This document shows, one piece after another, positions 15,519 to 24,818 of a DNA stretch of 64,000 bases. The translations under genes were made by a program, and so were the position numbers. The stretch covers positions 192,001 to 256,000 of the forward strand of contig CAXXYE010000008.1 in the NCBI GenBank assembly GCA_963674865.2. The letters are read 5' to 3'. The stretch's first letter is position 1. Each line of letters opens with the position of its first letter. Source of the stretch: Candidatus Hydrogenedentota bacterium (GTDB lineage Bacteria > Hydrogenedentota > Hydrogenedentia > Hydrogenedentales > SLHB01). The notes under the pieces were generated by a model. It saw only the letters and a list, made by a program, of their open reading frames with translations, had not been told where the DNA came from and searched no databases.

Positions 15519-16289
15519 ATGATGAATACGCAAAGGTGGCAGACGAATTGGGTAGTCGGTGTCGTGACGGCCGCTTTCGTGGCCTTCTTCGCGATCCCGG
15601 CGCTCCAGGCCGGCCACGGTGTGGCCACGGCGGAAGACGCGGAAACGGAACAGGCCTACGAACCGGCAGAAGAAGAGGAGCTTCCGCCCCCTCCGCCTCC
15701 TCCCGATGCCGAGGAATACGGCGACGAAAGGCCGCGCTGGGGACGCAATGCTCCGCGCTGGGCCGAAGACGAAGGTCCTGGCGCCTATGGCCCGCCCCGT
15801 GGGCGCGCGGTTCAGGGTCAGGGCTATGGCCCACCGCCGGGGCGCGGCGGCTACGGCCGCGGTCAGGGCTATGGCCCGCAGGGCGATCGCGGCGGTTATG
15901 GGCGTGGTGAGGGTTACGGCCCGCCCGCCGGGCGCGGCGGCTACGGCCAGAAGCAGGGCTATGGCCCCCAGGGCAATCGCGGCGGTTACGGCCGTGGCCA
16001 GGGGAATGGTCCTTTGGCAAGTCGCGGCGGTTATGGCCGGAAACAGGGTTACGGTCCCCAGGGCGATCGCGGCGGCTACGGCCGCGGTCAGGGCTACGGC
16101 CCGCCCCAGGGGCGTGGTTCGCGCGGTGGTCGCCCGGGCGCTGGGCGCATGGATCCCGCTGAGGCCTTCAGTCAGATGGACAGCGATGGCGACGGCGTGT
16201 TGACTAAGGACGAGTTCCTCAAGTGGCACGCGGAGAGGCGTCCGCCCCGTCGTCCGGCTGCGGCAAACGCCGAGGCGGCTGAGGAGTAG
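15519..16289 (+). CDS. Secreted low-complexity protein with RGG/YG tandem repeats and a C-terminal EF-hand
   Basis: RBS AAGGAG; signal peptide; acidic/Pro linker; about six 15-aa repeats (xRGGYGRGQGYGPxx); DSDGDGVLTKDEF. Confidence 0.8.
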   Translation: MMNTQRWQTNWVVGVVTAAFVAFFAIPALQAGHGVATAEDAETEQAYEPAEEEELPPPPPPPDAEEYGDERPRWGRNAPRWAEDEGPGAYGPPRGRAVQGQGYGPPPGRGGYGRGQGYGPQGDRGGYGRGEGYGPPAGRGGYGQKQGYGPQGNRGGYGRGQGNGPLASRGGYGRKQGYGPQGDRGGYGRGQGYGPPQGRGSRGGRPGAGRMDPAEAFSQMDSDGDGVLTKDEFLKWHAERRPPRRPAAANAEAAEE

Positions 16290-16365
16290 ACAGAAACGCC
16301 GTAGTTGCATCGCGGAGTTCCGCGCTCGCAGATAGGAACACGTAACGGCGGGCCCCGGCGGAGAC

Positions 16366-17421
16366 TTATCTATCCCCCGGGGCTCTGCCCATCTTGTCGG
16401 CCACCTGGGCGGCGGCCGCTTTATCACCGATCTTGGTAAGAAGTTGGTGCGCTTGGCCGTATCGCTGCGCGCTCAGGCCATGCAAGTCCAGTGCATCTTC
16501 CTGGTCGCCCTGGACCTCGCGCTGTTGAGCGGCGTGTTTCAGAAGCATCGCGGCGCGGTTGACGTCCGCGGCGCGCAGTATCTGTCCCAGGCGCTCGCCG
16601 GCCAAGGCCGCCAGGGAGCGGCATCGCGTCTCTTGCGCGGCTCCGAAAATGTTTTGAAGGGCCTCAGCCACCCCTTGCTCGCGGCGCGCTTCTTCCTTGA
16701 CGCGGGCCTGGTACTGCGAAAAGCTGTTCCAGCAGAGCTTGAGTTTCCGGTGCATGCTTAGCAGATATGCCTCGACAGCTTCGTCTTCCGGCCAGGCATT
16801 TTGCGCCGGCCGCCCTATCGGCTCCACCCGGGCCTCACGCACGAGCGCCCCTGTTGTCTTGAGTGTCTGCGTGGCCAGCGCGAGGTAGGCGCCGAAGGCG
16901 TCCAGTTCCTCGACCGCGTTCGTGAGCAGCTTTTCCACTACGCCGATGGCCGCCTCGACGCCGCGCCGTGGATTGCGCCCGCCGAAGTAGCATGACACCA
17001 TTTCGGAGCAGTAGCCTCCGAACACTTTGGGGCCGATTGGCCTCGATTCCGTACGAAGCGCCCGGATCTCCCGAAGGATTTGCGCGTGTATGAATTCGCC
17101 CGACAGGAGATAGCCGCTCTCCTTCCGGTAGGCGTTGCCTTCGGCGTCGAGTCGCGGCATGCCGTCAAGCTGGACTTTGATCTGGAACGCCGCATGGTAA
17201 AGGCCGGTACTCTTGGCGATCTGCCGGATCTCGGCGAGAATGCGATCTCGTGAAGCGTCGTCCGGCGGCGGGGCGCCTACCAAAGCGCCGATCAGGCGTT
17301 TCAGGGCGGCGACGATCTCGCGATCGGCGATCACCGGTGTGCCCGACGACGTAGCCGACGCCGACGCGCTCTTCCGCCTTGATGGCGGCGGCGTGATGAT
17401 CTGTTTGATCTTTCTCAGCAT
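16366..17421 (-). CDS. Hypothetical alpha-helical protein
   Basis: 351-aa ORF with protein-like composition; no family recognised. Confidence 0.6.
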   Translation of the reverse strand: MLRKIKQIITPPPSRRKSASASATSSGTPVIADREIVAALKRLIGALVGAPPPDDASRDRILAEIRQIAKSTGLYHAAFQIKVQLDGMPRLDAEGNAYRKESGYLLSGEFIHAQILREIRALRTESRPIGPKVFGGYCSEMVSCYFGGRNPRRGVEAAIGVVEKLLTNAVEELDAFGAYLALATQTLKTTGALVREARVEPIGRPAQNAWPEDEAVEAYLLSMHRKLKLCWNSFSQYQARVKEEARREQGVAEALQNIFGAAQETRCRSLAALAGERLGQILRAADVNRAAMLLKHAAQQREVQGDQEDALDLHGLSAQRYGQAHQLLTKIGDKAAAAQVADKMGRAPGDR

Positions 17422-17880
17422 TGCGAGGTAGCGAGTTTGCGGTGACGCGTGAAAACGCCCCGCGCCTGCGGCCCACGCAACCGCCTGTCAGGCCCGTTCC
17501 CCACGTCCGCACCATGAGGAACGCTGCATCTCCCAGCCTCGGAGAGCAGGCCATGAGGTCCGCGGAAACAAGTGGCCGCTGCCCCGGTTCGGTTCGCCTC
17601 TCTCCTCCGAAGCCCCCGCCCCAGGGCGTCACTCTGTCCCACGTGCGCCAAGATACACATTTGGGCTTACGTATTCAAAAGTGGCTCCGGTGGGCGGATT
17701 GCCGGCCATGCCGCGCGGCAGGCTTGTGGGCATGAGGTTTTCGCCATGTGGGGAGACTCACTCACGAGTGTGCGGTACGGCCGAGTTTCTCGGCGCCCCC
17801 GCGACAAACTTCCCCATGACAAAACGTCACCAAAATGTCTGGTATAATCAGAATAGGCAGGCGTTGTGAGGGGGCAGTAT

Positions 17881-18108
17881 ATGGACTTGCCTACGGAGAT
17901 GGGCCGGCTGCAACCTGTGGCATTCTTCCGCAGGCATCATCTCGCCAAGTCTGCGCATTTCGGCTCTGTGTTGGGGGATCGATTCGGGCCGGGCAGTGGC
18001 GTGGACTTGTTGCCTGAATACGCCCCTGAACATGTTTTGAGCCTGTTTGGTCCAGTTGGAGTAGAGCAGCCGAAAGGGGGGGCAACAGGTTTCATGGCTG
18101 CTGTTTGA
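17881..18108 (+). pseudogene. Degenerate copy of the MNT antitoxin gene
   Basis: MDLPTEMGRLQPVAFFRRHHLAKSAHFGSVLGDRFGPGSGVDLL aligns with the protein at 19299; first catalytic Asp lost (SDVD to SGVD); C-terminus diverged. Confidence 0.75.
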
Positions 18109-18127
18109 GGGAAGGAGGGGTGAGGCA

Positions 18128-18889
18128 GTGAATGGAGCTTCATTTACGGATGCGAGGCTTGATGCCTTGATGAGGGGGGCACGCGCGATTCTGGAGAAGC
18201 ACAGTTTTGCCGACACGGCGCGTGCGATCTTTGATCGCTGCCGGGAAATGACAGGCGCCGTCTCCGGTTATGTCGCGCTCTTGAGTGAGGATGGGGAAGA
18301 GAACGAAGTCCTCTTTCTCGAGGCTGGGGGGATGCCGTGTTCGGTGGATCCAGAGTTGCCCATGCCCATCCGCGGGCTCCGCGCGGTTGCTTACCAGACG
18401 CACATGGCCACGTACGACAACGACTTCATGAATAGCAAGTGGATGAAGTACATGCCGGAAGGGCACGTCGCCCTGAAGAACGTGATGTTCATCCCTCTCA
18501 ATCTCGAAGGAAAGACCGTGGGGATCTTGGGACTGGCCAACAAACCTTCGGACTTCACGGATGCAGACGCTGAGGTCGCGGCCATTTTCGGAGAGCTGGC
18601 AGCCGTGGCGTTGGCCAACAGCCGGTATCTGGATTGTCTTAACGAGAAGAACCATGAGTTGGAGCGTGCGCTGTCTGAAATTCACACGTTGCGCGGGCTA
18701 CTGCCAATCTGCTCGCGCTGCAAGAGTGTTCGTGATGATGAGGGTCTGTGGACGGGGCTCGAGGCCTACCTTGCCGACCACACGGATGCGGAAGTCAGCC
18801 ACGGGCTTTGTCCCAACTGCCTCAGGCTGCTCTATCCAGACGATGCGGATGAGATCATCAAACAGATGAATTCTCCGCGCAAGAAGTAG
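18128..18889 (+). CDS. GAF-domain protein with C-terminal Cys-rich putative metal-binding domain
   Basis: GAF (PLNLEGKTVGILGLANKPSDFT); LRGLLPICSRCKSVRDDEGLW...SHGLCPNC. Confidence 0.8.
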   Translation: MNGASFTDARLDALMRGARAILEKHSFADTARAIFDRCREMTGAVSGYVALLSEDGEENEVLFLEAGGMPCSVDPELPMPIRGLRAVAYQTHMATYDNDFMNSKWMKYMPEGHVALKNVMFIPLNLEGKTVGILGLANKPSDFTDADAEVAAIFGELAAVALANSRYLDCLNEKNHELERALSEIHTLRGLLPICSRCKSVRDDEGLWTGLEAYLADHTDAEVSHGLCPNCLRLLYPDDADEIIKQMNSPRKK

Positions 18890-18997
18890 CCGCTCCGCTC
18901 TGCGGCCGCCCTTGTGGCGGACTTGAGACGCGGCTTGGGGCGGAAGGCGGTGTATTTCAACGGGGGCATGCGTTGCGCCATGTAAGTTGGCCGCCGC

Positions 18998-19034
18998 TTC
19001 GCTTGTGTCGGGCCTCGTCTTTCGCTCCTTGGCG
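18998..19034 (+). repeat. 37-bp direct repeat, copy 1
   Basis: TTCGCTTGTGTCGGGCCTCGTCTTTCGCTCCTTGGCG, identical to 20430-20466. Confidence 0.85.
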
Positions 19035-19298
19035 CTTGCTCCAGCGCGTCCGCGGTTGGGCTTATTTGCGCGGTTTTTTCAGGGCCGGGATTCAGGGATG
19101 TGTGTTTGGCGTGAGCTATCCGGCTTGGCCCCACGCCTCTGGGGAGGCAATCTCACGCAAAGCCGCCAAGCACGGTTTCGCTCGTGAGCGTGGCGGGAGT
19201 AGCTGAATGATGCGGCGATTGCCGAACCTCTCCATGATAGGATACTGCCCAGAAGTCTGGTACACTTGAAGCAAGCAGTCGTTGCGAGGATTCCGGAC

Positions 19299-19598
19299 AT
19301 GGACTTGCCCATAGAGATTGATCGGGAGCGACTTGCGGCATTCTGTCGCAAGCATCATCTCACGAAGCTCGCGCTATTCGGCTCGGTGCTGGGGGAGCGA
19401 TTCGGGCCGGATAGCGATGTGGATGTGCTGTTCGAATACGATCCGGAACGCGTGCCGAGCTTGTTTGACGTGGCGGGAATGGAGGAAGAGTTGAGCGAAC
19501 TCCTCGGGCGCAAGGCCGACATGCGCACCCCACGTGATCTGAGCCCTTACTTCCGCGATGAGGTCGTGCGCACCGCGCGGGTCGAGTATGCTGCCTGA
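19299..19598 (+). CDS. Minimal nucleotidyltransferase (MNT/MntA-type) antitoxin
   Basis: LFGSVL...DSDVDVLFEY, ELSELLGRKAD. Confidence 0.9.
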   Translation: MDLPIEIDRERLAAFCRKHHLTKLALFGSVLGERFGPDSDVDVLFEYDPERVPSLFDVAGMEEELSELLGRKADMRTPRDLSPYFRDEVVRTARVEYAA

Positions 19599-19938
19599 AC
19601 CGGACGAGAACCGTATCCGGCACATGCTGGACGCCGCTATGCAGGTGGTGTCCTTCGTCGAGGGACGCGAACCTAGCCACCTCGAAACCGATCCGCAACT
19701 ACGCTTGGCGCTGCTGCGTGCCATCGAGATTCTGGGAGAGGCCGCGAGCCGCGTCAGCGCTGAGACTCGTGCTGCCTACGCTCGGATACCATGGCGGCGC
19801 ATGGTAGACACGCGCAATCGCCTTATCCATGCCTACTTTGATATCGACCTTCATATTGTGTGGACAACCGCCACGAAGTCGGTACCGGAACTCATCCCTG
19901 TGCTCAGGGAGATTCTCGGGCGTGAGGACTCGGCATAG
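19588..19938 (+). CDS. HEPN (DUF86/HepT-type) RNase toxin
   Basis: EILGEAA, IPWRRM, RNRLIHAY (Rx4HxY); overlaps the MNT stop codon. Confidence 0.9.
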   Translation: MLPEPDENRIRHMLDAAMQVVSFVEGREPSHLETDPQLRLALLRAIEILGEAASRVSAETRAAYARIPWRRMVDTRNRLIHAYFDIDLHIVWTTATKSVPELIPVLREILGREDSA

Positions 19939-20089
19939 GCTGTCAGCGCCGGCCTCGCCTTGTTGGATCTGCGACTACGAGCTTCAGGCCAATGCTGGCG
20001 AAGGGGTCTTGTGCCGGAATTGTGCGGCCTAGCGTGTTGTGAAGAAGTCACATAGCCGTTATTAGAGACTACGCCTTGAGGATGATCAG

Positions 20090-20305
20090 ATGGAGGGTAA
20101 CAGCTTGTATGTCACCAGGAAGGAATTCTACTACGCGGCGATGCACATTTGTTTGTTAGTCCTCTTCACGGGGGTACTTTCAGATGAAGAAGGTTTCGGG
20201 AGACTCTACATTGTCTTCTGGGCCGCCGGGCTGGAATTCTACTATGCTTACAAACTTCGTAAGGCGAGGAAAGCCGAGAGCACGATGGACTTGAGGAGCG
20301 AATAG
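20090..20305 (+). CDS. Small two-TM hypothetical protein, AT-richer than surroundings
   Basis: RBS GAGGA; 71 aa with two hydrophobic segments. Confidence 0.5.
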   Translation: MEGNSLYVTRKEFYYAAMHICLLVLFTGVLSDEEGFGRLYIVFWAAGLEFYYAYKLRKARKAESTMDLRSE

Positions 20306-20429
20306 CCCGTCGTTGTTATCTAACGGAAAGGGACGATGCGCCACCGCCCCCCATTCAGCGCATCCTGTCGTGTCGGCAGAAGGCTTCGCAGCTGGCGCGT
20401 GCCTCCCGCTTTGCAGATCCGTTTACCAT

Positions 20430-20466
20430 TTCGCTTGTGTCGGGCCTCGTCTTTCGCTCCTTGGCG
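20430..20466 (+). repeat. 37-bp direct repeat, copy 2
   Basis: Identical to 18998-19034. Confidence 0.85.
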
Positions 20467-20878
20467 TGTCCCTTTGGGCAGGATCCCATGTGCAGGCTCC
20501 TGCAAATGTGGTGACGGATTGCTTCCAAGGTGCTCGGCCGGGAGGGATGTCCTCCTGCTCATTTGCGGTCGAGCAGGGGCGCGGATCCCCCAGAATGTCG
20601 GACAGGTTACCGGACTTGTGAGGCCGGTTACCGAGCAGTGTTTCCAGGCGTCGCGGTGGCTAAGGTCTTCATTGGGGTGAGGGGCTGTCTATCAAAGCTG
20701 AAGCTTGAACACCAAACGCGTTTCGGACGGCGGGTTGGACTGGTGCGCGTTGGGGCGTGGCGTCTCTTTGGCGCCGTGCTGATTGCGAAATGGCGGGCCG
20801 TCGCCGTATGATGCGTTGTCGAATGCCAGGGGGCTGGGCGCTTGGCCACAGGGCCGCGCACGCCCCTCGTGGGATGGT

Positions 20879-21170
20879 TCACGCTGATGGCATCATATTC
20901 TTGCCGCGAAAACCAGGGACAGTGGAGCCGTTGAAAAAGTCCGGAGTTGCTGCGCGCAGGCCGCAAAAGGGCCTGGGACAGTCCCGTCTGCGTCCGCCTG
21001 CGGCGGACTCCGCTTGGGACAGTCCCGGTCTTTCGCTCAACCTCTGGGGCGAATGCGACTTTTCAACAGCTCCACAGTCCCGTCTGCGTCCGCCTGCGGC
21101 GGACTTCGCTTGCGTCAGTCCCCGCTTTCCGCTTCTCCGTCTGCGGATAAGCAACGTCGATTGTGAGTCA
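20879..21170 (+). repeat. Dispersed palindromic element (GGGACAGTCCC / GTCCGCCTGCGGCGGAC family), copy 1, interrupted by a MITE
   Basis: Aligns with 22647-22779 once 20924-21078 is removed. Confidence 0.8.
20924..21073. mobile_element. 150-bp MITE with terminal inverted repeats and a 5-bp target duplication
   Basis: Left GGAGCCGTTGAAAAAGTC, right GACTTTTCAACAGCTCC; ACAGT at 20919-20923 and 21074-21078. Confidence 0.8.
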
Positions 21171-21215
21171 GTGTATTACACCGTCGTTTCCGAGTGAGAA
21201 CATGGAGTTAGTATC

Positions 21216-22637
21216 GTGAAAGAAGGCCGGCCGAATATCCTGTTTATCATGTCCGATGATCACGCTGCACATGCCATAGGCTGTTATGGGAGCCGGATCA
21301 ATAAGACGCCGAACTTGGATCGCATTGGGAATGGCGGCATGCGGTTCGACAACTGCTTCTGCACGAATTCGATTTGCACGCCGAGCCGCGCCACGATACT
21401 CGCGGGCACGTACAATCATATCAACGGCGTAACCACGCTGGACACGCCTATGGATAACCGGTTGCAGACGTATCCGAAGTTGCTCCGGGAAGACGGCTAC
21501 CAGACGGGTATCTTCGGCAAGTGGCACCTGGGCACCGGCCCGGAGCATTGTCCCACGGGCTTCGATGATTGGGCGGTGTTGCCGGGGCAGGGGCTGTACC
21601 ATAATCCGGAGTTCATCTTTCCCGGCCCGGATGGCGGCGAGCGGCGCACGGTGCAGGGCTATGTCACCGATATCATCACCGACATGTGCCTGGACTGGCT
21701 GCGCGGCCGCGATAGCGAGCGGCCTTTCTGCCTGATGTGCCATCACAAGGCCCCGCACCGGCGATGGGAGCCGGATGAGAAGCATGCCCATATGTTCCTC
21801 AATGAGGATGTTCCCGAGCCGGATACGCTCTACGATGACTACGCCAATCGCGCGTCGGCGGCGGCCGCGGCGGAGATGCGGGTGGGCGTGCATATGGACG
21901 AGAGGGATCTGAAGGCGCTGCCTAATCGGACGCTTTCCGAGCATGACTTGCGGAAGTGGGCTTACCAGCGGTACATCAAGGATTACCTGCGCGTCATCGC
22001 AAGTATCGACGATAACGTCGGCCGGCTGCTCGATTACCTCGACGAGGAAGGGCTGGCGGAGAACACGATCGTGATCTACACGTCGGATCAGGGATTCTTC
22101 CTCGGCGATCACGGGTGGTATGACAAGCGGTTCATGTATGAGGAATCGCTCCGGATGCCGTTCATGCTGCGCTATCCTGAGGAGGTACAGGCCGGCAGCG
22201 TGAATAAGGACATGGTGCTCAACCTCGATTTCGCGCCGTTGTTCCTCGACTTCGCGGGCGTGTCCGCCCCCGAGGAGTTCCAGGGGCGTAGTTTCCGCCC
22301 GCTGCTTCATGGCGATACGCCCGGCGACTGGCGCGAGGCGATGTATTACCGGTACTGGATGCACAAGGCCCACCACAATGTGTATGCCCATTACGGCATC
22401 CGCACCAAGCGCCACAAGCTGATCTATTACTACTCCGACGCCCTTGGCCAGGCGGGCGCGGTGGATGAGACTTACGAGCCGGAGTGGGAGCTGTTCGACC
22501 TCGAGAAGGATCCATGCGAGTTGAACAGCGTCCACGACGATCCTGCCTACGCGGAGGTAGTGGCCGCACTCAAGGATGATCTGCACCGGTTGCAGGCGGA
22601 GGCGGGCGACGAGCGATACGAGAAGGATGTCGATTAG
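21216..22637 (+). CDS. Sulfatase (N-acetylglucosamine-6-sulfatase-like)
   Basis: [28 protein letters not shown]. Confidence 0.92.
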   Translation: MKEGRPNILFIMSDDHAAHAIGCYGSRINKTPNLDRIGNGGMRFDNCFCTNSICTPSRATILAGTYNHINGVTTLDTPMDNRLQTYPKLLREDGYQTGIFGKWHLGTGPEHCPTGFDDWAVLPGQGLYHNPEFIFPGPDGGERRTVQGYVTDIITDMCLDWLRGRDSERPFCLMCHHKAPHRRWEPDEKHAHMFLNEDVPEPDTLYDDYANRASAAAAAEMRVGVHMDERDLKALPNRTLSEHDLRKWAYQRYIKDYLRVIASIDDNVGRLLDYLDEEGLAENTIVIYTSDQGFFLGDHGWYDKRFMYEESLRMPFMLRYPEEVQAGSVNKDMVLNLDFAPLFLDFAGVSAPEEFQGRSFRPLLHGDTPGDWREAMYYRYWMHKAHHNVYAHYGIRTKRHKLIYYYSDALGQAGAVDETYEPEWELFDLEKDPCELNSVHDDPAYAEVVAALKDDLHRLQAEAGDERYEKDVD

Positions 22638-22646
22638 CGGTATGAG

Positions 22647-22779
22647 TCACGCTGCTGGCGTGCCATTCTTGTCGCGAAAAGCAGGGACAGACACGTCTCG
22701 TCCGCCTGCGGCGGACTCGCTTGCATCAGTCCCTGTTTTCGCTTGCGCGTCTCCGAATAGGCGATTTCGACTATGAGTC
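22647..22779 (+). repeat. Dispersed palindromic element, copy 2 (no MITE)
   Basis: TCACGCTG...ATTCTTG.CGCGAAAA.CAGGGACAG...GTCCGCCTGCGGCGGACTCGCTTGC.TCAGTCCC...TGAGTC. Confidence 0.8.
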
Positions 22780-22821
22780 GCAACACTGTGCCCGAGAGCA
22801 TGCGAAAGGAAGAATAGTCCC

Positions 22822-24327
22822 GTGTCGCGTATCAGCAGACGAGCATTTCTAAACGCCGTGGGCGGTAGTTCCGCGCTGCTGGCTTTGTCCTCGTGCGCTC
22901 ATTTCCCGGTTCGGAAAAAGCGCCTGCCCAACATCGTCTTTATCCTCATGGATGACATGGGATGGAAAGATCCTGGTTTCATGGGAAGCGATTTCTATGA
23001 AACGCCCGCTGTCGACAGGCTCGCCCAGGAAGGGATCACCTTCACAAACGCGTATGCCGCGGCCCCCAACTGCGCTCCGACGCGGGCGTCGATCATGACG
23101 GGGCAGTACACGCCGCGCCATGGTATTTACACCGTGGGCGATCCGGCCAGGGGAGAGGCCTCGCAGCGGAAGCTTATTCCTATCGAGAATACCGTGACGC
23201 TCGCCCCCGAGCAGATCACGCTCGCCGAAGCGTTGAAGGCGGCGGGATATTCGACCTTCCACGGCGGCAAGTGGCATCTGGGAGAGGGCCCGCAAACCGG
23301 CCCGGAGGGCCAGGGATTCGACGAAAACATCGGAGGGTGCCATCGTGGGCGGCCACCGGGGGGCTACTTCGGGCCTTGGGATGCGCCGGGACTGGAGGAT
23401 GCGCCCGAAGGCTCGCATATCTGCGATGTTGTCACGGATCACGCCATTGATTTCATGGAGCGGCATACGGATGGGCCGTTCTTTATGTACGTGCCTTTCT
23501 ACGATGTCCATACGCCCATCGAGGCGAAGGAGGCGCTCATTGAGAAATACGAGAAGAAGAGCGCCGAAAACGAAGAAGCGGGCGTGAAGACGCAGCATCA
23601 GAACGCCGTCTATGCCGCGATGGTTGAAAACGCCGATCGCAATATCGGCCGGCTGCTGGCCCGGCTCGACGAACTCGGCCTTACCGAGGACACGATAGTC
23701 TTCTTCTTCTCGGATAATGGCGGCTACGGCGGCGTGACGAATATGAAGCCTCTTCGGGGCTGCAAGGGCATGCTCTACGAAGGGGGCATCCGCGAGCCGT
23801 TGATTGTGCGCTGGCCGGGGCGAACAAGGCCCGGCGGCGTATGCGATGTGCCGGTTATCTGCACGGATTTCTATCCGACGTGCCTGGAGATGGCGGGGGC
23901 GGCCCGCCCGGCGGGCCACCTTCTCGATGGGGAGAGCCTTGTCCCGCTCGTCAGTGGGCGAGGCGCGCCTATGCGAGACGCCCTCTTCTGGCATTTCCCC
24001 GCCTATCTTCAGAGGCTGCCGGAGGGCTTCGAGGAAGACTCCCGCGACGGCGTGTGGCGCACGACGCCATGCGGGGTCGTGCGTCAAGGCGACTGGAAGC
24101 TCATCGAGTACTTCGAGGACGGGGCCGTCGAGTTGTACAACCTCCGCGAAGACGTCGGGGAGCGGCGGAATCTGGCGGAGAAACTGCCCGAAAAGGCGCG
24201 CGAGTTGCGCAATCTCTTGCGTGCGTGGCGAGAAGACGTCAACGCCCCCGTCCCCACGCAGTCCAATCCGGCCTACATCCCGCCGGCCGGCGCGGCGTCT
24301 AAAGCAGATCGATCAGGACAGGCCTGA
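22822..24327 (+). CDS. Tat-exported (probably lipoprotein) sulfatase
   Basis: SRRAFL, LSSC, PNIVFILMDDMG, CAPTRA, GKWHL, SDNGG. Confidence 0.92.
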   Translation: MSRISRRAFLNAVGGSSALLALSSCAHFPVRKKRLPNIVFILMDDMGWKDPGFMGSDFYETPAVDRLAQEGITFTNAYAAAPNCAPTRASIMTGQYTPRHGIYTVGDPARGEASQRKLIPIENTVTLAPEQITLAEALKAAGYSTFHGGKWHLGEGPQTGPEGQGFDENIGGCHRGRPPGGYFGPWDAPGLEDAPEGSHICDVVTDHAIDFMERHTDGPFFMYVPFYDVHTPIEAKEALIEKYEKKSAENEEAGVKTQHQNAVYAAMVENADRNIGRLLARLDELGLTEDTIVFFFSDNGGYGGVTNMKPLRGCKGMLYEGGIREPLIVRWPGRTRPGGVCDVPVICTDFYPTCLEMAGAARPAGHLLDGESLVPLVSGRGAPMRDALFWHFPAYLQRLPEGFEEDSRDGVWRTTPCGVVRQGDWKLIEYFEDGAVELYNLREDVGERRNLAEKLPEKARELRNLLRAWREDVNAPVPTQSNPAYIPPAGAASKADRSGQA

Positions 24328-24775
24328 GAAGCCTCTTGATCAGATAGAGGGCGAGGATACCGACGGCGACGACGGTGACGCGGGTGTAGGTGCAGCCGTT
24401 GAGCGCGAGTCCCAGCGCAACGCCGGCCGCGGGGGGGTGCTCGGTGTCGGTAACTACCATCACGAAGATAGCCACGCCGACGGCCACGGCGGCGAAAGGC
24501 ACCGGCGACCACTGGGTCCATACGGTGAGGAAATGGCATAGCGTCCCGGCGGTTATGCCCACCGCGTATCCTCCCACCATGAAACGCGCCTGCGACACGT
24601 GTTTCCTGGGCATGGTGAAGGCAATGAATGAGCTCGCGCCGAGGGCGCCGATGATGGCGGCGTTGGAGCGTGCGTCCAATATGAGCAGCACCACGTAGAT
24701 CGCCATGGTTGCCAGCACACACTGGATCACGTACTTGAATATGTGTTTGCGGAATGCCCTGTCGGCCAGTTTCAT
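24299..24775 (-). CDS. HPP-family membrane protein
   Basis: ALGASSFIAF, TEHPPAAG. Confidence 0.8.
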   Translation of the reverse strand: MKLADRAFRKHIFKYVIQCVLATMAIYVVLLILDARSNAAIIGALGASSFIAFTMPRKHVSQARFMVGGYAVGITAGTLCHFLTVWTQWSPVPFAAVAVGVAIFVMVVTDTEHPPAAGVALGLALNGCTYTRVTVVAVGILALYLIKRLLRPVLIDLL

Positions 24776-24818
24776 ATCGGCGCCCTTCATACGGCCCGTC
24801 GCCACGCCGCGGAAAGGC

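Noticed and set aside
17430..17860. Long intergenic region as a riboswitch or ncRNA
   Set aside because: No recognisable conserved RNA motif by eye
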